Assembly (NCBI GenBank): GCA_038087875.1
Contig: JAXLNO010005863.1
Span: 124,001 to 188,000 of the forward strand
Length of the DNA stretch: 64,000 bases
Direction: 5' to 3'
Origin: Malacoraja senta
Lineage: Eukaryota
Shown in pieces: positions 47,940 through 61,452 of the stretch. Made by a program: the position numbers and the translations under genes. Numbering within the stretch: position 1 is the first letter of the stretch; each line of letters opens with the position of its first letter. The notes below the pieces were generated by a model. It made no database searches. It saw only the letters and a list, made by a program, of their open reading frames with translations, and was not told where the DNA came from.

Positions 47940-48722
47940 TTTTAAAATTTATTTATTTGTTTATTATTATTTTTTTTTATTAGAAGCATTGTACATACAT
48001 CTTAATCATGATATGCAACATAATACATTTTGTGTACAAATTCCCTTTTTTTTAAACTTTAACCTGTAATAGAAAAAGAGAAAAGAGAAAGAGAAGAATG
48101 AGGATAGTAGTGAAATGTAGTCCGCAGTAGTTGGCGTTAAATGAATGTTGATGTTTAAGTAGACTGCGTGCTTGAGAATGTGAAAAAAATAAAAATAAAG
48201 AAAGAAAAAAGAAAAGAAACCAAGGCTCCAAAGAGAAGAAGGCCTTAAGATGGGAAAGGAAATAAGTAAAAAATCCAAAGAAGGTAAAGCTAAACGAAAA
48301 AGGAAAGGAATGTGCCTAATTCATATCGATTCACACTCATCACCTAGTTCTAAAACAATAACTTTCTCGGGTTATGCTGCACCATATTACACTTGTAGCA
48401 AATCAATAAAAGGTGACCATATCCTTAAGAATTGTTCTTGTTTTCCTGCTAGAACGTCTCATTTCCTCGAGAGGTAATATTTCCGACATATTTGTGATCC
48501 ACATTTTAAACGTGGGATAGGAGCGTTTTTCCAGAATTTAAGTATAAGTTTTTTTGCCGTTATCAAACCATAGTTTAGGAAACATCTTTGAAATATAGTT
48601 AGTTCAGAACAGGCTTCCCTTGCTCCGAAAATAATCAATTCTGTATTTGGGTCCAGTCTTAATGTAAATATTTTTAAAATCGGACTATCTTCAATTGGAT
48701 TTAAGTGAACTTTATCTTGCAC
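47940..48722 (-). mobile_element. L1/Tx1-clade LINE 3' end
   Basis: LIIFG...LITAKKLILKFWK...MWITNM..LEEMRF...WSPFI, the ORF2 C-terminus, followed by an A-rich 3' UTR and tail. Confidence 0.72.
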
Positions 48723-49254
48723 TAAACGTTATTCACTTTATTCCCTTTATCATGTTTCTTTACCCTGTGGATGGCTCGATTGTAATCATGTATTGTCTTT
48801 CTGTTGACTGGTTAGCACAGAACAAAAGCTTTTTACTGGACACATGACAATAAATTAAACTAAGCTTCCTGCAAAGTAGAAGCAATTTACTCTGAAAAAT
48901 CGGCAAAAAAGGGTATTCAATTAGCGAACCAAGACGACATCCCTGGATCCTCTGCAGGGTTCTTGGCTTCAGTTTGTAACTAGATAATATACCAGTAATC
49001 TTTCAAAAGAGCCACAAGGCAGAAAAAAAGGAAATGTAGGGAGTCACGGTGGCGCAGCAGCAGAGTTGCTGCCGTACAGCACCAGAGACCTGGGTTTGAC
49101 CCCGACTACGGATGCTGTCTGCTGCCGTGTTCATAAGAATAGGAGTAGAATTAGGCCATTCAGTCATGGCTGATCATCTCTCTCTCCTAACTCCATTCTC
49201 CTGCCCTCTCCCCATAATCTCTGACACCCATACTAATCAAGAATCTATCTACCT

Positions 49255-49795
49255 AATCTGAGGAAAGACATTCTTGCCATAGAGGGAGTACAGAGAAGAT
49301 TCACCAGACTGATTCCTGGGATAGCAGGACTTTCATATGAGGAAAGACTGGGTAGACTCGGCTTGTACACGTTGGAATTCAGAAGACTGAGGGGGGATCT
49401 TATAGAAACTTACAAAATTCTTAAGGGGTTGGACAGGCTAGATGCAGGAAGATTATTCCCGATGTTGGGGAAGTCCAGAACTAGGGGTCACAGTTTAAGG
49501 ATAAGAGGGAAGACTTTTAGGACCGAGATGAGGAAATCATTTTTTACACAGAGAGTGGTGAATCTGTGGAATTCTCTGCCACAGAAGGTAGTTGAGGCCA
49601 GTTCATTGGCTATATTTAAGAGGGTGTTAGATGTGGCCCTTGTGGCTAAAGGGATCAGGGGGTATGGAGAGAAGGCAGGGATGGGATACTGAGTTAGATG
49701 ATCAGCCATGATCATATCAAATGGCGGTGCAGGCTCGAAGGGACGAATGGCCAACTCCTGCACCTATTTTCTATGTTTCTATGTTTCTATGCCTT
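49255..49795 (+). mobile_element. Young CR1 3' fragment nested in an older opposite-strand CR1 tail
   Basis: LGLYTLEFRRLRGDLIETYKILKGLDRLD...; (CTATGTTT)n tail; host tail resumes on both sides. Confidence 0.88.
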
Positions 49796-49824
49796 AAAAA
49801 TATCCACTGACTTGGCCTCTAAGT

Positions 49825-50876
49825 TAGCGATGTTACAATACTTACCGTCAGCGGCGCTGCAGTTCTGCCACTGGCCGTGTGAGCGACTTTGGCGCCTTTG
49901 AGGGGGGGGGGGCGGATTAAATTGCCGTTTCCCCCTGCCTGTCGGAGGCAAACTTCCTCAGGCTGCCAGCTGCTGCAGAACAATCGAACGGACTTCCATT
50001 CACGGAAGTTTTTTAAAAAAATCGCGGGACAATTCAATCGCTGGAGTAAAATAAAAAGATACTTCTAACGCTGTCAACACCTACAACGGGACAGATCTCA
50101 AGTAGGGGACAAAACATAAAGTAAGTCGTCTATTTTACATATAAACTTGCTTCTTACAATGACTTTAAACCAAAGTAATTGACGAAAATGTGATTTTGGC
50201 TCCATACGAACCAGCAGTGTTTTTCCTCCCGATATGGGGATGAAATTCACTGCAACCGCAACATTCCAATCGATCCAATCGATCGCGTTCCATAAAAACC
50301 CACTCGCAAGATGATTTAAATGCCCATTAATTTACGGGAATTAAACATTGAATTCCTTCCATTTGGCCTATAAATTAATGACAATGAGATTTAAAAATCA
50401 TGTTATATTTTGAATTCTTGTGTGAATGTTATTTGGACACTTAGGCTATTTAAAAATGTTAAAATGTTCTTAAGAAATGGATAGGTGTTTAGATCTAGTA
50501 ATTGAATTTTGTAATTAGCTACAATTAGGTAACTAACTAATTATATGCTTTAATTTCAAGTCATCCAAGTAAGATTGTTTCATATTTGTTTCAGAATGCT
50601 TCAATCTATAATAACTGAAATTTTCATTCAGTTCTCTTAATTTTTAAGAATGTTACGGGCTTTTGACTGTCCTCGATCACAGCTTTTGAGTTAAGTCAAT
50701 GTAAAAGCAATAGGGAACAAGATGCTAATTTCCGAGTATGAAAATGGCCTTAACTTATTTAATACTGAAGATATGAAAGTGAATTAGGTGTCAAATTAAA
50801 CTTCTTTTTATGCTTTATCTGATGGGATAAATTGCAGACTTGATTTTCAAAATCGCAAAATTTTGTAATATTGCTA
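49825..50876. mobile_element. About 1.05-kb non-autonomous TIR element, copy 2
   Basis: TAGCGATGTTACAA...TTGTAATATTGCTA; inserted in a CR1 3' tail; same orientation as copy 1. Confidence 0.8.
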
Positions 50877-51529
50877 TCTACAGCCTTCTGTGGCAATAGA
50901 ATTTAAGTGGACTGTATTACAAAGAAACTAATCGGGTGGAGTTGAAATCTTTCTATTGTTTAATTGGTCTGCAACAGATGCGGATAAGGTTGCTAACAAT
51001 TGGGCAGTACAAAGCTGCCGCCTTACAGCGCCTGAGACCCGGTTCAATCCTGACTACAGGTACTGTTTGCATGGAGTTTGTACGTTTTCCCTGGGACCGT
51101 GTGGGTTTTCTCCCGGTGCCCTGGTTTCCTCCCACACTCCAAAGATGTGCATGTTTGCAGGTTAATTGGCTTCTGTAAATTGTACATTGTCCCTAGTGTG
51201 TAGGATAGTGCTAGTGTACGGGGTGATTTATGATTGGCGTGGACTCGGTGGGCCAAAGGACCAGTTTCCAACACTGTAAGTCTAAAGTAGTTACAACATC
51301 CACTGCAGTAGGCAAAGGTTTCATTAATTTTAAATTATTTATATTTAGATTGATCTTTCTGATGCTTTTACACCCTGTTTGGCAAAAGATCATCTTTTGA
51401 ACAAATAATCAACCCTAATTGATATTAGGATCTATATTCTCTCTTCCATTTCAAACTACAGGGAGTCCAAGGCAATCAAAGATAAGAGTGTCCCCAAGGA
51501 CATTCCAGGAATCATATACAGAGCATCTT

Positions 51530-52420
51530 TCAAATCATTATACCCTTAGCACCATGCACCACAGAAACAGGCCTTTCAACCCAACTTGCCCAAACCGGCC
51601 AAGATGCCCATTTTTTACGCCAGTCCTACCTGCCCACGTTTGGCCCATATCCCTTGAAACATTTTCTATCCATGTACCTGTTCAGTTGACTTCTAAATAT
51701 TGTGTAGTTCCTGCCACAACTACCTCCTCTGGCAGCTCGCACCCAAAACCCAACACCCCTCAGATTCCTATTAAATCTTGCCCCTCTCACCTTAAACCCA
51801 TGTCCTCTGGTCTTGATTCCCCTCCCGGGATAAAACACCCTCTGCATTCACTCTTTCTATTCCGCTCATGATTTTATACACATCTATATGATCACCTCTT
51901 AGCCTTCTGTACCACTACACCCACCACCTTCAGTGTGAAAAAGCTGCCCCTCAGTTCCCTATTACAGGTCCCACACAGAAAGTGGTGAATCTCTGGAATT
52001 CCCTGCCACAGAAGGTAGTTGAGGCTAGTTCATTGGAATTATTTAAGAGGGCGTTAGATGTGGCCCTTGTGGCTAAAGGGATCAGGGGGTATGGAGAAGG
52101 CAGGTACAGGATACTGAGTTGGATGATCAGCCATGATCATATTGAATGATGGTGCAGGCTCGAAGGGCCGAATGGCCTACTACTGCACCTATTTTCTATG
52201 TTTCTATGTTTCTAAATCTTTCCCCTCTCACATTGAGGTGGGTGTATGGAACGAGCTGCCAGAGGAGGAAGTTGAGGCAGGGACAATCGCAATGTTTAAG
52301 AAGCAATTGGACAGGTACATGGATATGACAAGTTTGGAGGGATATGGGCCAAATGCAGGCAGGTGGGACACGTGGCCGGTGTGGGCAAGATGGGCTAAAG
52401 GGCTACACTGCATCACTCTA
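51530..52420. mobile_element. Cluster of CR1 3' ends on both strands
   Basis: TRGHGFKVRG (- strand), QKVVNLWNSLPQKVVEA (+) and VWNELPEEEVEAG (+). Confidence 0.8.
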
Positions 52421-53028
52421 TATCCGCTGACTCTTGCCCCTTATGAGAGAAACCAGAATCTCATTAAAGTTTGCGTCTGTTGTAGACTTTGAACTAAACA
52501 GCACGGAAACAAGCTCCTGTGTTTTCAACTTTTCACATTTCCAAATGTTTTATTCAGAAGTCACAAATATATTGCAGCAATGGTAGATCTGCTGCCATAC
52601 AGCGCCAGAGACCCGGGTTCCATCCTGACTGTTGGTGCTGTCTGTGGGGAGTTTGTATGTTCTCCCCGTGACCGCATGGGATTTTCTTCGGGTGCTCATA
52701 CGGTCATAGAAGCAGAGTTAGGCCATTCGGCCCATCAAGCTTAATCCGCCACTCAATCATGGCCGATCTTTATCTCCCTCCGAACCCCATTTTCCTGCCT
52801 TCTCCCCATAACCCCTGACTAACACCAGTGCCCCGGTTTCCTCCCACACCAAAGATATATGGGATTTTAGGTTAATTGGCTTCAGTAAATTGTCCCTAGC
52901 ATGCAGGAACTAGTGCATCCTATCCAATGGTTGGTTGGCACAGAATCAGTGGGCCGAAGGGCCTGTTTCCATGCTGTGTCTCTGCTATAAAATAGTATCT
53001 GAGCCGTGGAAGAATGCCATGCACTTAC

Positions 53029-53274
53029 CACAATGCTTTCGTACACATTCCTATGGCCGTTCTCGAGGCCGACGCGGATGACGACATTTTCTTCGTTCCC
53101 CTTGATGTGCTGAGGAAGTGACGTTGTGGAGCTGCGGGAAGTCCCCGAGATGATGTCGTTGTGGTCCTTGCGATTGTTGAGGCAGCAAGGCAAGCAAAAA
53201 AAGGTGCGGATAAATGAAGAAAGTCGGGAAGAGGCCTTGTCCATCGAGTGGGTAGATGGTAACGATTCATTCGG
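53029..53274 (-). CDS. RalGDS/RGL-family exon: Ser-rich linker and start of the Ras-association (RA) domain
   Basis: Acceptor ttttgttttccAG and donor GTAAGT (53028-53023); 246 nt, phase 0-0. Translates to PNESLPSTHSMDKASSRLSS...NEENVVIRVGLENGHRNVYESIV, matching recalled RGL1 HSMDTNSSGMSS...NEDTCIIRISVEDNNGNMYKSIM. Confidence 0.88.
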
Positions 53275-54249
53275 CTGGAAAACAAAACAGTAAGGATGGG
53301 AATTTAGATATTTCCAATCCAACTTTTCAGTTCTATCATCAATCCAGGCTGCTCCCATCCTCTATATAGGATGAGTGGTGATCTTATAGACGTGTATAAA
53401 ATCATGAGATTAGTTGCTGCCTCACAGATCCAGAGACCAGGGTTCGATCCTGACCTCAGGAGCTGTCCTTGCGGAGTTTGCACATTCGTCCTGTGAACAC
53501 GTGGGTTTCCTCCGGTTTCAAGAGTCAGTAATGTTTTATTGTCTTATCCCATTTCCTCTCACATCCCAAAGATGTGCAGGGTTATTGGTTATTTAGCTTC
53601 TGTAAATTGTCCTTAGTGTGTAGCATAGAACTAATGAATGGGGTGATCGCTGGTCGGCACAGACTCAGTGGGCCAAAGGGACTGTTTCTCTAACGTAAAC
53701 TAAACTAAATATTGATGTGATGCACTTGCAACATGCAAAGCTTCACTTGTACTGTATTGCTTCTGCATAACACAACGACTGCTTAAAAAGCAGCCAAGTC
53801 TTATTTGAGTGACTTTACAGATACAGTGCGGAAACAGGTTCTTCAGCCCACTGAGTCCACACCGACCAGCCATCCCCACACACTATCCTACACACCAGGG
53901 ACAATTTACGACTTGCAGCAACTCTACTGCTGCGCTACAAAGTGCTGGAATAGGTCAGCTCACTCCATAGATCTCAGCTTCACTTTATCCTTCCTCAGGA
54001 TCCACACACTCAATCAAAGCTCCTCCACTTACCTGACCTCCACTAAGGATCACAAACCTGCCTTTCTCCAGACCAGGCCCCCCAGCAACTGCGGAGTTAC
54101 TCCAGCACTTTATCTTTTTATGTAAACGAGCATCTGCAGTTCCTTGCGTCCACCCCTCATTAGAATGCGTTAGACGGACGTGCGCAGCACAAAATGTTTT
54201 ACGAGGAAAAGGTTCTAACTTTTTGTAAACAAAATGTTTTACCAGAAAG

Positions 54250-54690
54250 CGGCCTGGATTTCGAGGGCTTCAGCTACAGGGAGAGGTTGGATAGACCTGT
54301 ATTGTTTTTTCTGCAATATCGGAGGTTGAGAGGAGACCAGTTAGAAGTATATAAAATTATGAGAGGCACAGTTAGGGTAGACACTCAGAATCTTTTTACG
54401 CCAGGCTGGAAATGTCCAAGACTGGAGGGTATCGCTATAAGGAGAGTGGGGGAAAGTTTAATGGGAATGCGCGGGGCAGTGGTGGGGGCCTGGTATGCCT
54501 GACCTGGGGAGGTGGTGGAGGCAGATATGACAGGAGTGTTTAAGAAGCTTTTAGGTGGGCATGTGGAAGTAGAGGGGAGAGAGGGATATGGATCATGTAC
54601 AGGCAGATGAGAGTTTAGCCTGGCGTCATGTTCGGCACAAACATTGTGGGCCGAAGGGCCCATTCCTGTGCTGCACTGTCCTACGTTCTA
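54250..54690 (+). mobile_element. CR1 3' fragment
   Basis: SYRERLDR...RRLRGDQLEVYKIMRG. Confidence 0.8.
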
Positions 54691-57600
54691 AGCATCCTAT
54701 CACCAACCAGTGAGCAGTCCCCACCTACCATCTACCGCATTGGCAGATGTTTTCTGCCGCTCTCACCTCCGGCCACAAACTCTTTGAATCACTTCCTTCT
54801 GGGAGGCGACTGCGAACTATCAAAGCTGCCACAGTCAGACATAAAAGCAGCTTCTTCCCACGAGCAGTAGCTCTATTCAATAGCTAAAAGACTAGCCTCT
54901 TTTTACTCCAGTACTTTATTTTCACATGTTTAAATTAGAATGTTTTATTTTTAATTGTCTACTGAATATCTTGTTGTTACCTGCAAGCCAAGCACCAATG
55001 TAAATTCCTTGTATGTGGACATACTTGGCTAATAACAATTGTATTCATTCATTATTATTCATTGAAGACAATAGAGAATAGGTGCAGGAGTAGGCCATTC
55101 GGCCCCTCGAGCCAGCACCGTGATCATGGCTGATCATCCACAATCAATACCCCTGTTCCTGCCTTCTCCCCATATCCCTTGACTCCGCTATTTTTAAGCA
55201 CTCTGTCCAGCTCTCTCTTGAAAGCATCCAGAGAACCGGCCTCGACCACCATCTGATGCAGAGAATTTCACAGACTCTCAACTCTCTGTGTGAAAAAGTT
55301 TTTCCTCATCTCCATCCTAAATGTATTACCCCTTATTCTTAAACTATCCCTCAGACTATCTTAAATCAGACTTTACCTTGCACTAAACATTATTCCCTTA
55401 ATCCTATATCTGTACACTGTGGATGGGTTGATTGTAATCCTGTATTGTCCTTCTGCTAACTGGATAGCACACAACAAAAAAGCTTTACACTGTACCTCGG
55501 TACACGTGACAATAATAAACTGAACTATACTCTCAGCAGGTCAGGCAGCATTTCTGGAGGATGTGGATAGGTGTTGTCTTGGACATTTGCAGCCTGGGGG
55601 AGAAAGATTCTGACAGTCTGCCCTATCTGGACCACTCATCATTTTATATACATCTGCCAAGTCTCCTCTCATCATCTGACATGGTACAGAAAACAATCCG
55701 TCTATCCGACCATCTCCCTGTAGCTGAAGACGTCTAATCCAGGCAGTATTCTGGGAAAACATTTTGTTTTCACAAAGTTAGAACAGTCACGTCGTAAAAC
55801 ATTTTGTGCTTGAAACGTTAGGCTGGGACACTTGCACCCCGCTGAGTTACTCCAGCACTTTGCGTCTTTTAAAAAAGGTACGCAGGCATCTACAGTTCCT
55901 CATGGCTATGTTTTCATTTTTTGTTTTAATCCCCGCACATTACACTGCCCCACATACACTAGAGACAATTTACATTTATACCAAGTCAATTAACCTACAA
56001 ACCTGTATGTCTTTGGAGTGTGGTAGAAAACCCACGCAAGTCACGGGGAGAACGTACAAACTCTGTACAGACAGTACCCATTGTTGGGATCGAACCCAGG
56101 TCTGTGGCGCTGCAAGTGCAGTAAGGCACATAGAAACATAGAGAATAGGTGCAGGAGTAGGCCAACTCAGAATCCTGTACCTACCTCCTCTCCATACCCC
56201 CTGATCCCTTTAGCCACAAGGGCCACATTTAACTCCCTCTTAAATATAGCCAATGAACTGGCCTCAACTACATTCTGTGGCAGAGAATTCCAGAGATTCA
56301 CCACTCACTGTGTGAAAAATGTTTTTCTCATTTCGGTCCTAAAAGATTTCCCCTTTATCCTTAAACTGTGACCCCTTGTTCTCGACTTCCCCAACATCGG
56401 GAACAATCTTCCTGCATCTAGCCTGTCCAACCCGTTAAGAATTTTGTAAGTTTCTATAAGATCCCCCCTCAATCTTATAAATTCTCTGTACTCCCTCTAT
56501 GGCAAGAATGTCCTTCCTCAGAATAGGAGACCAAAACTGTACGCAATACTCCAGGTGTGGTCTCACCAAGACCCTGCACAACTGCAGTAGAACCTCCCTG
56601 CTCCTATAATCAAATCCTTTTACTATGAATGCTAACATATCATTCGCTTTCTTCACTGCCTGCTGCACCTGCATGCCTACTTTCAAGGACTGGTGTACCA
56701 TGACACCCAGGTCTCGTTGCATCTCCCTTTTTCTAATCGGCCACCATTCAGTTAATAGTCTACTTTCCTGTTTTTGCCACCAAAGTGGTTAACTTCACAT
56801 TAATCCACATTATACTGCATCTGCCATGCATTTGTCCACTCACCTAGCCTATCGAAGTCACCTTGCAGCCTCCTAGCATCCCCTCACAGCTAACACTGCC
56901 CCCCAGCTTTGTGTCATCCGCAAACTTGGAGATGTTGCATTCAATTCCCTCGTCCAAATCATTAATATATATTGTAAATAGCTGGGGTCCCAGCACTGAG
57001 CCTTGCGGTACCCCACTAGTCACTGCCTGCCATTCTGAAAAGGACCCGTTTACTCCTACTCTTTGCTTCCTGTCTGCCAGCCAGTTCTCTATCCACATCA
57101 ATACTGAACCCCCAATACCATGTGCGTTAAGTTTGTATACTAATCTCTTATGTCGGACCTTGTCGAAAGTCTTCTGAAAGTCCAGATATAACACATCCAC
57201 TGGTTCTCCCTTATCCACTCTACTAGTTACATCCTCGACAAATTCTATAAGATTCGTCAGACATGATTTACCTTTCATAAATCCATGCTGACTTTGTCCA
57301 ATGATTTCACTACTTTTCAATTGTGCTGCTATCCCATCTTCAATAACTGACTCCAGCAGTTTCCCCACTACTGATGTTAGACTAACTGGTCTGTAATTCC
57401 CCATTTTCTCTCTCCCTGCCTTTTTAAAAAGTGGGGTTACATTAGTTACCCACCAATCCTCAGGAACTACTCCAGAATCTAAAGAGTTTTGAAAAATTAT
57501 CACTAATGCATCCACTATTTCTGGGGCTACTTCCTTAAGTACTCTGGGATGCAGCCTGTCTGGCCCTGGGGATTTATCGGCCTTTAATCCATTCAATTTA

Positions 57601-59059
57601 TCTAACACCACTTCCCGGCTAACCTGGATTTCACTCAGTTCCATCTCATTTGACCCCCGGTCCCCTGCTATTTCCGGCAGATTATTTAAGTCTTCCTAAG
57701 TGAAGACAGAACCAAAGTAGTTATTCAATTGGTCTGCCATGACCTTGTTCCCCATGATCAATTCACCTGTTTCTGACTGCAAGGGACCTACATTTGTTTT
57801 AACTAATCGTTTTCTCTTCACATATCTATACAAACATTTACAGTCAGTTTTTATGTTCCCTGCCAGTTTTCTTTCTTAATCTATTTTCCCTTTCCTAATT
57901 AAGACCTTTGTCCTCCTCTGCTGGACTCTGAATTTCTCCCAGTCCTCTAGTAGGCTGCTTTTTCTAGCTAATTTGTATGCTTCATCTTTTGTTTTGATAC
58001 TATCCCTGATTTCCCTTGTTATCCACGGATGCACTACCTTCCCTGATTTATTCTTTTGCCAAACTGGGATTTACAAAATTGTTGTAGTTCATCCATGCAG
58101 TCTTTAAATGCCTTCCATTGCATATCCACCGTCAACCCTTTAAGAATCAATTGCCAGTGTATCTTGGCCAATTCACGTCTCATACCCTCAAAGTTACCTT
58201 TCTTTAAGTTTAGAACCCTTGTTTCTGAATTAATTATGTCACTCTCCATCCTAATGAAGAACTCAACCATATTATGGTCACTCTTGCCCAAGGGGCCAGG
58301 CACAACAAGACTGCTAACTAACCCTTCCTCATTATTCAATACCCAGTCTAGAATAGCCTGCTCTCTCGTTGGTTCCTCTACATGTTGGTTTAGAAAGCTA
58401 TCCCGCATACATTCCAAGAAATCCTCTCCCTCAGCACCCCTGCCAATATGATTCACCCAATCCATATGTAGATTGAAGTCACCCATTATAACTGTTTTAC
58501 CTTTGTTGCACACATTTCTAATTTCCTGTTTGATGCCATCCCCAACTCCACTATTACTGTCAGGTGGCCTGTTCACAACTCCCACTAGCGTTTTCTGCCC
58601 CTTAGTGTTTCGCAGCTCTACCCATATTGATTTTACTTCGGAGTCACGTGAGTGACTACGTGAAGAACCCCGCCATTGCGCCTGCGCGTCATTACGTCAG
58701 ACGCCTTGACGCAAACGGACGTGAGGAGCAGAGCTCCTCCAGTGGTTTGTAGTTTTTCAACTACAAGGTAAGTAGAAACTTTTTTCATGTTTTCCAGGTC
58801 CGTTTACGGTGGGTCTATGGGGATTTTTTTCCACAAACGCCATGGGGAAAAATGGACAGGGGGAAGAGGCGAGCGACACAGCTGACAGAAAGTCGGGAAA
58901 GTCGGGAGTCTGCGGTTAGCGACCAACCGCCTCTAAACCCCGGTAGTCACCAGCGGTGAGCATAGCGACTGTGGACCTAGGGCTGGTGAAAACAGTCAGC
59001 GCCTGTCGGGCAAAAGAAGAAGTTTAAATCCGAACGGCCCACGGAGGGAGTCCCAGGCA

Positions 59060-60030
59060 ATGGAAGTAGCTCCAGGGCTAGATACTGCTTTCGAGCGTAT
59101 TGCCCAAATAGGAAGCCTTTTACATAGGCTCTTGGAGCAAAGTTCACTCAGGAAGGAGTGTACTGAAATCCAAGCTGCTGGAAGCAGCTCAACAGCACCT
59201 GGCACAGGGCTGATGGAATGCACCCTCAGGGATGAGGAGCGTGCTACGGGTCATGAGATTTCAGACCCCGACTCTGACGGTGAGGCTGTACAAGGCGATG
59301 AACGGCAGCTGCCAGATGTTCCACCCCTGGCAGTAGGATTTGCTGCCCCGTCAGGGTCAGGAGAGCCATTAGGAGAAGAACTGGCCTCCTTAATAAATTA
59401 CTTGGTTTACCATCAGCTGGAACAGCAGGAGATGGATGAGACTGCAAGAAAGCAGGAGACCCCAAGTAACTGTGGGTTGCTGAAAGCAGCAGCAGTGAAC
59501 CAAATTATCTGGAATCAGTTGCAGAGAATATTAAAGCTGCTGGGTTCTGGAATAACTGCTTTTACCAGAATAGCAGATAATAGCCAAGAGATGACGAAGT
59601 TGCATCAGGAAGCACTGGGGTTGCTATGCAGCACCCACTTCGAGATCAATTATCTGAGGACGGTGCTATACGGCCTACTATGAATCCGAAATTCGCAGCA
59701 CTCTGCAAACCAAGTAATATACAATTACCCAACTTACTCTTTGGAGAGGATCTCGGGAGACGTATTAAAGAGTTGGAAGATGAAGCGAAAACAGGATTGA
59801 TAAAAACATCAATGGTTGCAAAGTCTGTAAAGAGGAAGTATCCTTTCAGACGTCATACGGATCCTAGACCAGGACCAAGTCGCTCATCAACGCAGGGACG
59901 TAGCTGGCGGCCTGCAGCGGGAGTAAGAACCAGTGGTGGTGGTGCTTCCGGGAGAATCCAGGGATCTCAGAATACTCAAATGACTCAAGAGGTAGGTGGA
60001 CCTGGTTCTCATGGGAACATACTAACTGGA
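59060..60030 (+). pseudogene. DIRS gag-like ORF1 (frameshifted)
   Basis: ORFs 59060-59683 and 59626-60201 overlap by a frameshift. IRPTMNPKFAALCKP...LLFGEDLGRRIKEL is typical of DIRS ORF1. Confidence 0.7.
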
Positions 60031-60039
60031 TTAAGTCCA

Positions 60040-61452
60040 AAAGTTGGAGGCAGATTACGTCTCTTCTATAAACATTGGAAGAAGATTACTTCAGATGTGG
60101 TAATTCTGAATAATATACAAGGATTTCGAATTGAATTCAATCCAAATTATGATTTGCCTGTCCAGCATGTTCCTAGCAGAACTCTCCACTTTGCGAAGTA
60201 ATGGAGGTTCAAGCTGCGCTTCAAAACCCTATATATAAAAGGTGTTATTGAAGAATCAGTCTACCAAATTCACCAATTTGGGTCAAATATATTCCCTCGA
60301 TCAAAAAAGGATGGAGGATGGAGGATTATTCTAGACTTGACAAGTCTGAATCCTTTTGTTTAATTTAAACATTTTAAAAGGGAGACATTTGTGACTGCCA
60401 AACAACTTATTTCAGAAGCATGTCATATGGGAACTATAGATTTACATGGATGAACTAGTTATGGCAGTTCAAAGCTTTGCCTAAAGGGTTAACATCCGCT
60501 CCCAGAATATTCACAAAATTGTTAAAACCAATTCTGGGGTTGGTGAGAAGCCAGGGACATGTACTAATGGCATTCTTGGATGATGTCCTGATTATAGGAA
60601 GGACAAAACAGTCAACAGAAGCATCTGTTGCAGTTGTGAAATCAACTTTTGAAAGTTTGGGGTTTCTAATTCATCCAAAGAAATCAAGGTTAACACCATG
60701 TACCTCGATTGATTATTTGGGGTTCACAATTGATTCAGTCCAAATGAAAATTACTTCGCCCAGTGAAAAAAGGGCGGAGTTGATTAAAGATTGCAGTAAT
60801 CTGTTAAACGAGCAAAAACCCTCATTCAGACAGGTGGCTCGAATACTGGGGAAAATTAGCAGCAGAGTTCCCAGCAGTCCAATACGGACCATTACATTAT
60901 CAACAGCTGCAGAGAGTTAAAGAACAGGCACTGAGAATGCATGCTGGTCATTTTGATAGAACCATGCAACTTACAACAAATGCTGTTTCTGATCTGCAGT
61001 GGTGGATTCTACATGTCTCAAGCAGTTCCAGCAAAGTGCTGATTGAACAACCTTCCATGATATTACAAACTGATGCCAGTGCACTAGGATGGGGTGCAAC
61101 TGACTTAGCATCTAGCTGCGGAGGCAGATGGAATCAGGAAGAGTCATTGTTACTGCAGACATGGGGAGTTAACTATTTGGAGTTTTAGGATGTTTCTATG
61201 GACTCCAAGCTTATTGTTCTAACACAACTAAAAGGCATGTTCAAGTTCAAATTGATAAAAACAACAGCAGTTGCCTATATTAATGATATGGGTGGAATCA
61301 AGTCAGGGTCATGTGACAAAATGGCTAATCAACTTTGGTCTGGGTGTATTGAAAAGAACATTTGGATTTCAGCTATCTATCTACCAGGTAGAATCAACAC
61401 GATAGCAGACACCAGGTCACGAAAGTTCCATGATAATAAGAATGGATGTTGA
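60040..61452 (+). pseudogene. DIRS reverse transcriptase-RNase H
   Basis: VGGRLRLFYKHW; KKDGGWRIILDL; GLTSAPRIFTKLLKP; AFLDDVLIIG; LQTDASALGWGA; INDMGGIKS. Several stops and frameshifts. Confidence 0.88.

Noticed and set aside
52882-53358. Stand-alone 158-aa ORF or RA-only protein gene
   Set aside because: The ORF ends are intronic. Splice sites delimit 53029-53274, and a phase-compatible upstream exon exists at 63976+. An internal-start isoform remains only a speculation.
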